From the IMG/VR virus record IMGVR_UViG_3300034418_007243, positions 32,001 to 96,000 of that record: 64,000 bases of DNA. One strand, given 5' to 3'. The stretch is from a virus. A program made the position numbers and the translations under genes. A model generated the notes under the pieces. It was not told the origin of the DNA and did not search any database. It was given only the letters and a program-made list of their open reading frames with translations. Of this stretch, positions 40,501 to 47,100 are shown piece after piece. Each line of letters opens with the position of its first letter. Position 1 is the stretch's first letter.

Positions 40501-43500
40501 TGATTTAGCAAGACAGTATGCAAGCATAACAAAAAAGTATAACGATCTTCCTATAAGTGAAACCTTAGCTGCAAAATTACAGAAAGATTATCAACAAACA
40601 GGATTAGCTCCTATATCTCCATTACAGTTTAGAAACTTTGAAGAATATGTAGAGTTTGTTATAGAAAGAGAAAGATTACGTTCTGTATTATCAACTGAAA
40701 AAATAAATAATAATTTACAATATCAATTTTTATTAGAAGAGATAAAAGATTATTATGAAAATAATACTTATGGAAAAGCTAAAATAGCTAATTATTCTCC
40801 AGAAGTTAAAGAAAGATTTATTGTAAACTATGCTAAAGAAACTTTTCTAAAAAATAAAGCTTTGCAAAACATATATAACAATGACTATATGTTTAAAAAT
40901 ACAGGGCAAAATTTATTTCAAAAATCATATGCTGATAGATTTTTAGATTTAAACAACTTACGTTTTCCACAATTAAAAAATGAATTTCTTCTACTAAATT
41001 ATCTTGAGTATGTAGAGTCACCTACAGGATATAGAAATTTAAAACTTAGCAATCCTAAATTAACAGCAGATCAGAAAAATGTTTTCTTTGAAAATTTAGA
41101 AGATTTAACTGATGAAAAAACTCTTAAAGAAAAGTTTCCTTCATTAGAAGACAATGAAATAAAATATATCATAGACTTTTTTAATGAGTTTAGTCTTTAT
41201 GCTTATTTACAAACCGGGTTAAATACAAAATCTTCTTTCAATTTATCTAGTATAGTAGATCCTGAAGAATTTACTATTATAGCTGAAGAAGCTAAAGCTA
41301 AAGCTCTTAATATATTGAATTCAGAATCTATTTATTCTGAAGAGCTTTTACAAGATTTTTACAGAGTCTTTAATAGAACTAATGGTAATAAAGGTAGAGC
41401 TGTAAAAGGTAGAGGTGTTAACTATAAAATTCAAGGTACAATCTTTACAGAAAAAGGATTAGAATATTTAAAAATAACTCCAAAAACAAAATCTTTTGTT
41501 GAAGATGTAGAATTAATTGAAACTCAACCTATAGTACAAAGTACACGTAAAACATACTCAGGAAAAGTAACTAGCTTACAACCTAATCAAATATTTGTAT
41601 TTGGTTCTAACCCGCTTGGTATTAATGGAAACCCTGCTAAAGGTACAGGTGGAGGAGCACTAGTAGCATATCAAATTGCTGGAGTGAAGCAAGGAGAAAA
41701 AATGGATAATAAACTTTCTGATTCTGGAAAGGCTTGGGGAATAACAACGGTTACAGCTCCTGGTAAGAAAAAAAGTAAAACTCCACAGCAAATTATAGAA
41801 GGTATTAAAAAACTATATGAATATGCTAACAATAATCCTAGAATAGAAGTATTAGTAGCTGATTATTCTGGACCAAGAAATCTTAATGGTTATACAGGTC
41901 AAGAAATGGCAGATATGTTTTCTAATGCAGGACCTATACCGTCTAATATAGTATTTAATGAGAATTTTGATAAGTTAATTGCTACTCAACCTACAGTACA
42001 AAGTGTTACTACTCCTAAAAATAGATTTACAGTAAAACCAAAACAGGCTGCTGACAAGAAGGCTAAAGTTAAAGCCAAAATTGCTACTCAGTATATAGGT
42101 TTTGCTGAAGGTATTTTTGGAAGCAGTACAGCTTTATATGCAGAGCAGATTGGTCAGTATGCTAATACTGGTAACTATAGTTCTGATGATGTAATATTTG
42201 TATCAATACCTGGTAAAAGAGGTAGTGCAGAATTGCAAAAACAAAATCAAGATAGAACCATAAAAGAAGCTATTAAAGCTGTAGAAGCAGGAGCTACTAT
42301 TATTACAGATAATAAAGCTTATATTGATTCTAGCTCTTACAATACAGGAGAAAAAAGATTGTTTGCTAATATGCAAGAAAAAGGATATACTTATTCTGAA
42401 GTAACGGTAGATGGTCAAATTTTAGGTACTTGGTCTAAACCTACTCAACCACAAGACAGCAATCCTAATATAGTTAAGAATAGTAATGGATTGATTGTTA
42501 TTAAAGACCAGTTAAATAATGAAGAAGGTGCAGCTATGGTAGAAAGTTTTAAACCTGTTATAGAAGAAACATCTTTTAAACAAACTGGAGGCTCTGTTTC
42601 ATGGGGTTTTGGTTTACAATGGATGAGGGTAAATAGTATGTCTACTGAACAACGTAAAGGTTTAATAATAGGTAAACAACTTAACGGTAAAGAGATTACT
42701 CAAGAAATGAAAGATAAATTCATTAACGGTGCTGATGCTCAACAATTAGGTATGCCTTTATACGGATATACAAGTATAGATAAGAATGGTAATCCTCTTC
42801 CTAATATACCTACTGAAATTATAACAATGTTGGCTCAAAAAGGTATAGATATATCTGAGTATGATGCTAGTTATAATTCTGTTTATGATAAAAAAGATGG
42901 TGGTAGTCTTATTATTCATCAGGATAATACTGAGCTAAATGAATCACCTATAATAACTATCTCTTTAGGTAGACCTATGAAGTTTATAACTTATGAGTTA
43001 AATGATCCTAATGATTTTAACATAACTGATCCTAAAAATACAGCTTATAATATAGTAAAAAATGTAATAAGCGGGCAAGCTTTAAAAAATAAAATTATAG
43101 ATAAACCTTTTAAATATGGAGAATTAACACCAGGAAATATAATGGATTATGCTAAACAGCTAGATAAAATTGAAGGTGGTGATAAATATTCACAACAAGT
43201 TTTAGATGCTCTTAAAGCTCAGTTTAAAGGAAAGGCTACTACTACAGAATATACTTTGGAGAATGGAGCTATATTAGTTTTTTCAGGTAATAATAGAAAT
43301 GTGTTGCATGAAATAGTATTTGATGAAGCTAGTGATAAAAAACCAATGCCAGAAGGTTTTCCTGAATTAACAGTAACTAAAAATAGATATGATAAGAAAA
43401 CAGATTCTTTTCTTCCTGTACAAGTAAAAACAGATAACTATAGAGTTGTTCTTACTTTAAGAAAAGTACAAGGAACTACAGTAAATAATATAGATACAGC

Positions 43501-44149
43501 TATGTTAGAAAATACTGTAAAAACACCAGCTGAAAGCAAAGCAACTGAAGGTAAATATCAACCTGCAAAAGATGTATTTGATATTGATAGCGCTCTTGTA
43601 ATAGAAGGAATAGAGCAAAATCCTGATGTTATTTTTGTTTATGAAGGAGCAGAAACAGAAGGTCTTGGAACTGGTCAAGGTGAAGGTGCAAAACATAAAA
43701 AAATAAAAAATGTTAGCACAAACAATGTATTACCTCTTACAGTGAATAGAAATTATGCTCTTCAAAATACTTTTAAAGATGTTAAAGATGAAGCTGGTAA
43801 TATGGTTATAGATCCTAAACTTAAAGAACTAATAGATAATGATATACAAACACTATTAGCTTATGGTGATAGACCTATCAGATTTAGTAGTAAAGGTTAT
43901 GGTAAAGAGTTAATTAAACAAGATAAAAAAAGAAATACTCCTATGCCTGCACCACAAGCTTTTATATATTTGTCAGAGCAATTACTAGAAAAATTTGGTT
44001 ATATTAATCCTGGCTTTTTAAGTTTAGATATGTCTGGAAATAAACCAGGTATTGAAGCAGTACAAGAAGCTCAAGAAATATCTGATGCAGAAATAAAAGA
44101 ATTGAATAGAGAAGCTGTATTAGATTTAATTAAACTGTGTAAATCATAA
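31553..44149 (+). CDS. Virion-associated DNA-dependent RNA polymerase (crAss/phi14:2 gp66-like) with zincin and accessory domains
   Basis: Catalytic GADFDIDKL (DFDID at 38720-38734) preceded by RIPVQG (38603); ADGQG and TQLRK motifs; HEAWH..EE.LAE zincin at 34190; accessory domains after 41550. Confidence 0.9.
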   Translation: MRCPLNPDIDLQAFRVAVFADMYDMAESPEAFDVDQYMQEMYELVFENTKDPALALDYARFIPETTLSLLNTDKKLSGKLMNEKGLNLNSLMQKVIDISNYNKDQLKVLNNQLAGKVSLKDTAKKGKEVAKRKNQEKKNENQLSLFDPEIIEEAAKEEPLPTLTPSLSPTLVEEAKGILDAQGSDEMIYPLTAFATRNVDRPTKHSKFISAVQKQLLRLFKENKTNNIFLAAVPTSEIIANLENKDSVYYNFFRSMDAAEQQSFIENDNGLGVILVVTDQAGLPITFNDQGLQSKEDLSSPAFLFLNSPKFDTKGQIKLSENDIAAIEEIKQVYKKHNQPELAKKAEQFYIEQLKSINKIREYVRANPKESVKFTINGGFLGAYQKSSIKNKQPLAGLEETINLQRGKYNSMYFTSSDLGGKTIVLERPTLSEADMLEDILSLLVDDITLNGKPISSTERKNLFFQFYYSKKETVQLASENGKAVLYFKYKAIQLDQLNDQQKQTLKEELRNYFTEINDKGYPEQHTYLKSSPQSANKQISDISIENGVLTLTNKPYEQFVKEKFYSLYKVENGRFATSNPYITFELAPESEGQVFLENKKTQEELINELLTVAEEIEEIQNRIDERLSIKKDTQKSSIKEQGKLFRIFEKAFYEGNNKRHNDISNEQLQQLSPETKAYLIDLYERAKPFNEEYQRIGKVRDVQTNKEIITDEDKIRYITANHFGGFGRAARLGSAADYVFRQDPKYKDLIFAIPSQDVLNNINKVFNAKLTSEELNIGSVKEEQVKEEPKKPTPSYSSRLADFDTKLDKTLKVKGLDVKATKQQIKEAKKWYEKSAISQFFKFEEIFDMVNTDDGSAVARWTLAGITLYKGSDYSDLYHEAWHAFTQTFMNSLQRQELYEKLKTKSGTFTDHLGQTVTFKDASDLQLEEHLAEQFREYMLNPSSKKITKEEKSLFRRVLQALRKLFGDRELDLEITNLEADLFVQDIFEKLRIGKLYEYTFDIENFAFPSLDKGGVKALQGSTGVQQLNYNNTMKMVGVIDSLISEWIDLKNAALNRDQIDALFDINDEIDKAGENIKRIEELEKQKEELLTLARQQIKATYKYTSAVTKDPNALLAAYNHAAYRIARIISNKQALYAATENIVEKEKLKKQLDLLEWSLKNFGNLENIKHVTNRPGENSRGLISMHIERSATFFNQDVKVSLDFENVTEEQLLQGKLFEKTGNDLSMVEIAKPEVIFFLKQLYSYNKEGLVERDDFGLPKQADFGQTWNKLARLLVNTPNIDQMYLKLQAASVKDPQIKQLLSKLGRTNTDSNLTQSLISNFFNTFGMANVPLIQTTIRKVTKQNPDGTTSTQTIASTGRAFNSNNKIAKDWERQFKEPSHKSKYIKRDEKGSYLDVDAFLNDYNYAKAKGNLWQFYNDLGILLSDNEDLKTELQDPNNKKLYSDKVSFIFTTLKKNYQEKNKRLADLNELAKSESVIYNNLINLESKYSNVFTDFMVTNAEGNAQFEHTLNNTITMMVNGINNVENYLDILAIPHLAHLNVDLNPFAESSMWLKSMFNLEGTADTNPKYGERRKDTYGNDIKLEVVNLSGIITLEGEEKTQEGIASARADEFTKFILDMHLGYDNSFELMRHADKSTSYGIRLTGETLGSKSRRDSYLSPQTFKKDNVQVAFDIKNRIVPYLIAELKRMRIARTALKDNIKDFDFAYLERGKDFVIFSGYLSADTQALLEKEIVKNESLALEDFAEAISNDIFEKEILKDTRSYFNKQYVKVDKLFKATDEFISDNIVKNFIGKSNITKDEAKKAILQSQIVNSFINNLESMSFIYGDIAQYKLDKEDFHKRNAGAGSTGKLFRTDKGMQDFINGRINQTYAAKLKNELGLASLRTYDGTFNTAVISDNKIPSVYAELRQLGEAYNEMEEADGQGIIAFDSYRTLKIAEGSWLPEQEALYQDIINEREIDETKIQYYFPAYKTQYWGPLKTDLERIGLPVTAFHKFSLYPAIPNVIKGKNMEILHKRMIQEGIDYVVFKSGSKVGTVTETQSGTKQVYKKDSRELVFDNNYDPSKDKPFFTKNVIFLEYLKNQLEINDKAKGQTIFSTQLRKLVIDGLMEFGVPVDYKTNIKDPEKRIKAWENEKNKEDSSPYYKLIRNYEQTIEALTKLEKDKLLKELNWTENEDGTLSGDKKKLIDFVVRELSRKELGEHELEYLLKGGDLSLSLNAADVEKMLNAIVVKKLVKQKVNGEALIQVANTFMEDAVKAKGLKFKNPTKKQIEEFGSNDLPFYTKNKDGSTNAMKVKVALQNDFKNLLFLKHNDGQEIGSIERLNEMIKDEEWLNKGDHRKMITMTAVRIPVQGLNSMEFMEVYEFLPASASGTIILPSEIVAKSGADFDIDKLTVMMPNIKAKVTKENKDKIFWKELAQEFPDLDFSYNNVQMIFDALKSPETYKFLNEEDIAVANAIKSKANVVTAEYSTGDNKSGLENKLLESIVSILSLPVNREALLTPNSTALFTEGKNEGDKSLVDALAKDEEYNGTTTFEIAYNLKKHQENSIGKAALGLGAVDNTYNTLMNRVGAYLNKEVGSTEEEFIQSIFGKIPESEQKYYQAVRKNFRRQKIFLPHNTIDGNISLSHSTSKGSNQSISGVINQMINGWVDVARGAWIFNVQGNKEVAPTLLFMIQAGVPVDTAVYFVSNPLVKEYVNQIRKAQSPFAEYMNMDLENPNAFKAAALRNIFTNPEFGFRLPYKMNGVFQKETDMSNINPMLNQMNISRLARVLAVQNVNKQFNTETLKERAENYKEGDPITEADRDAFLHFLELEEMGKGVRDIKMNMNFDTNPDQSLYAAEARIKRKGSLEYDNRFPSFIIEKLENESPISAFYTQPFQIKLIGGLFPLRNHKRINKFIDDVELDEIKRNGWNDRESFAKDFKNEFINFIYQNELRNFDVRKLSKPTTNTFNGFEIERVNVASLKHGAAFKDGKLFISMTDLARQYASITKKYNDLPISETLAAKLQKDYQQTGLAPISPLQFRNFEEYVEFVIERERLRSVLSTEKINNNLQYQFLLEEIKDYYENNTYGKAKIANYSPEVKERFIVNYAKETFLKNKALQNIYNNDYMFKNTGQNLFQKSYADRFLDLNNLRFPQLKNEFLLLNYLEYVESPTGYRNLKLSNPKLTADQKNVFFENLEDLTDEKTLKEKFPSLEDNEIKYIIDFFNEFSLYAYLQTGLNTKSSFNLSSIVDPEEFTIIAEEAKAKALNILNSESIYSEELLQDFYRVFNRTNGNKGRAVKGRGVNYKIQGTIFTEKGLEYLKITPKTKSFVEDVELIETQPIVQSTRKTYSGKVTSLQPNQIFVFGSNPLGINGNPAKGTGGGALVAYQIAGVKQGEKMDNKLSDSGKAWGITTVTAPGKKKSKTPQQIIEGIKKLYEYANNNPRIEVLVADYSGPRNLNGYTGQEMADMFSNAGPIPSNIVFNENFDKLIATQPTVQSVTTPKNRFTVKPKQAADKKAKVKAKIATQYIGFAEGIFGSSTALYAEQIGQYANTGNYSSDDVIFVSIPGKRGSAELQKQNQDRTIKEAIKAVEAGATIITDNKAYIDSSSYNTGEKRLFANMQEKGYTYSEVTVDGQILGTWSKPTQPQDSNPNIVKNSNGLIVIKDQLNNEEGAAMVESFKPVIEETSFKQTGGSVSWGFGLQWMRVNSMSTEQRKGLIIGKQLNGKEITQEMKDKFINGADAQQLGMPLYGYTSIDKNGNPLPNIPTEIITMLAQKGIDISEYDASYNSVYDKKDGGSLIIHQDNTELNESPIITISLGRPMKFITYELNDPNDFNITDPKNTAYNIVKNVISGQALKNKIIDKPFKYGELTPGNIMDYAKQLDKIEGGDKYSQQVLDALKAQFKGKATTTEYTLENGAILVFSGNNRNVLHEIVFDEASDKKPMPEGFPELTVTKNRYDKKTDSFLPVQVKTDNYRVVLTLRKVQGTTVNNIDTAMLENTVKTPAESKATEGKYQPAKDVFDIDSALVIEGIEQNPDVIFVYEGAETEGLGTGQGEGAKHKKIKNVSTNNVLPLTVNRNYALQNTFKDVKDEAGNMVIDPKLKELIDNDIQTLLAYGDRPIRFSSKGYGKELIKQDKKRNTPMPAPQAFIYLSEQLLEKFGYINPGFLSLDMSGNKPGIEAVQEAQEISDAEIKELNREAVLDLIKLCKS
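41522..42004 (+). repeat. 21-bp direct repeats (41522-41542, 41984-42004) inside the vRNAP gene
   Basis: ACTCAACCTATAGTACAAAGT vs ACTCAACCTACAGTACAAAGT (1 mismatch); partial third copy ACTCAACC at 42443. Confidence 0.8.
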
Positions 44150-44155
44150 AATGTT

Positions 44156-47100
44156 ATGCCTACTTGTCCTAATATAAATAGTCCTGAATGGAAAGCTTTA
44201 GTAAATAATCCTAACATAGGTACATTTCAAGCTTATAAAGATTTTTTTGAAAGTGGCACAATTAGAAGTGAGCAAGAAATACTGGACAAACTTGAACAAA
44301 GAGAAATGACTCCTATTAACCGTGGTATTAGTGAGCCTAATACACAAGAGTTATATGAAGAGTATGGAATGAAGTTTGAATTAAGTTTAAATATTGATTC
44401 TATAAAACAAGATAGAGCTACTGAATTTGCTGATAGATTAAGTAATGCTTTAGGTATAGATTATGAAATGATCACTGCTTCAGAAGCTCAAGAGATTACT
44501 AAAGATGCTCAAAACCCTTGGTCTGGACAATCTGCATTTTTCTTTGGTGATAAGGTTTATTTTATCAATAATAGAATGACTACAGATCTTGTGTTTCATG
44601 AGTTTGCACACCCTTTAGTAAGAAGTTTAGCTAAACAAAACAGAAAACTTTTTGAAAACTTATTTAACCAGGTACAACAGAGTAAAGAAGGACAAGATAT
44701 AATTAATAGTGTTTTAGAAAAATATACTGAACTAGATCCAAATTCTGATTTATTTAAAGAAGAAGTAATTGTACAAGCCCTTGAAAAAAGTTATAAAGAT
44801 AAATCTGCAAACATTAAAAGTAGTAGCCCTTTTACAAAAGCTATTAAAAACTTGCTTTATGCAATTAAGCAAGCTATACGTCAAGTTTTTGGTAAAAGCC
44901 TCCCCGTTTCTAAACTTTCTGCTGAGACTACTCTTAATGAGCTTGCTAATATGTTAGAGCAAGGTGAAAAGTTTTCATTAGAAAAACAATTGATTACTAA
45001 TGAAGATATTGTTGCTTATAATAAAGAAATGATAAATACTCTAACTAAAGAGTTGCAGTCAGTTGAAAAACAAGATATACAAGCAAGCATTAACTCGTTT
45101 TATGACAAGTTAAATATTCAAATTGAAATGCTCAAAAAGAATAAAAATCTTGATGAGTTAGCTAGAATAATTTTATATACTACAGGTAATGAGAATATCT
45201 TTGATATGAAGAGAGATCTTCAAGCTTATCAAAGTAAAGTTGTTAGAGAAACTGAAAAACTTCAAGATGAAATAGCTGAGTATAGAACTAGAGTCAAAGC
45301 TTTAGCTAATAGTATGTATACATTAGAAGTGGTTTTATCTAAAATGAAAAACCATATTAAAGATCTTGAAAAAAATGCTGAGACTAGAGAAGCAATGCAT
45401 AAAGCTCATTACTATGATAAAATTATTAATTATTGGGATGGGTTTATACAAGAAATAGAAAAAACATTATCTGATGCTAATGTTCCTAATGATGCTAAGA
45501 TAGTGTCATTAGTAAATTCTATTAGAAGAAGTATCCGTACATCTAAAGATGGTATTAATAAAATGATGGAAGAAGGTGCTATAGATGGTCTATGGCAACA
45601 ATTAGCACCTATGAATAAAGATATTGGAGAAAGGTATGAAAGAATAATAGCAGAGCTAAAAAGAAAAAAGGCACCCCGAGAAAAAATAAATAGAATCTTT
45701 AAAGAGTATCACGGTATGACTGAAGAGCAGTATAACCGTTTTAAAGAATTATCTAATAAGAAAGCAAAAGACGGACTTTCAGTTAAAGAAGATCAAGAGT
45801 TAGCAACACTACAAGGTTTATCTAAATCTGGTTTATCTATAAGTAAAGAAAAGATTAGAGGATTAATAAAAGGAGAAATAGGGGACGCAAATTATTTTAA
45901 TAGTTACTTGGAAGGTTATTTGTATAATACAGACCCGATTATTGGAGGTTTGGCGTTGTACACAAAGAATGCGTTGAATGAAGTGATGATAGTAACACAA
46001 TCAAAGATGAACACATTTGCTGAAGAGCTTAGACCTTTGTTAGAAGCTGCAGGATATAATCCAACTAATAAAGGTAAGCTTGGTGAAGATGTTGGTTTCT
46101 TAGATACTGTTGCAAGATTTAATCCTGAGACAGGTGTTATGGAAGAGAAAAAGGTTTGGACATTCTTGAATCCTTTTAAGAATTATAGATATGATGAAGA
46201 CCGTTTAGAGCGTAATCTTGCTGATGCTTATGATAATTGGATTATAAATAATACTGATGCAGCTAAGAAAGAATATCTTGATGCTAAAGCAGAACTAAGA
46301 GAGTTTAAGACTACATATATGAATCAGGAATATACTTCTGATTTTTATGCTAGAAAAGAAAGATTGCAGAAGACAGCTGTAGGAAGAGAGGTTCTTGCTT
46401 ATTTAGAAGATTTTTTCCAAAGATTGCGTGAAGTTACAGAACCTAATAATACTGAGATAGATAAATTAGATTCTTATGATATAGTACAAGCATTATGGAG
46501 AGAGTATAGACAAGCTCATTCTATGTATGATTTAAATGGTAAATTAAAATCAAATAAACCTGATCCTGTTACTGGTATATCTCCATTAGCTTTAGCTAAA
46601 GAAATGCGTCAATACAGAGAAGAAGGTAGAGATTTTTATGAATGGAAAGTAAGAACTAATGCTTTTGAAACTGCTTATAGAGATTATCAACAAGAACTTC
46701 TTGCTGAAGGTGTTGGTGAAAATCATCCTGATTATAAAGCAAGAATGGATTTGTGGAAACAACGTAATACTAGAGTTGTTATCAAGCAGGAATGGTATGA
46801 AGAGAAACGTAGAATATTAGCTGAAATAAAACAAATATTAGATAAGTTAAATTTGCCTGAGAATGAAAGAGCTAAAATAGATCAAGGTATTGTTTGGGAA
46901 AAAATTCTTGAGCTTACAGGTCTTTACAGAGATCAAGATGGTCAAATACAAGGACAGGAATTATCTGAAGGTAGTATACAAGAAGTAAAAGCTTTACAAG
47001 AGGAACTTGAAAGAATTAAAAACACTTCTGTAGGAAATAATGGTTTAACAAAAATAGAAAATGAAAGACTTAGTGATTTATTCAATATAAGAAAAGAAAG

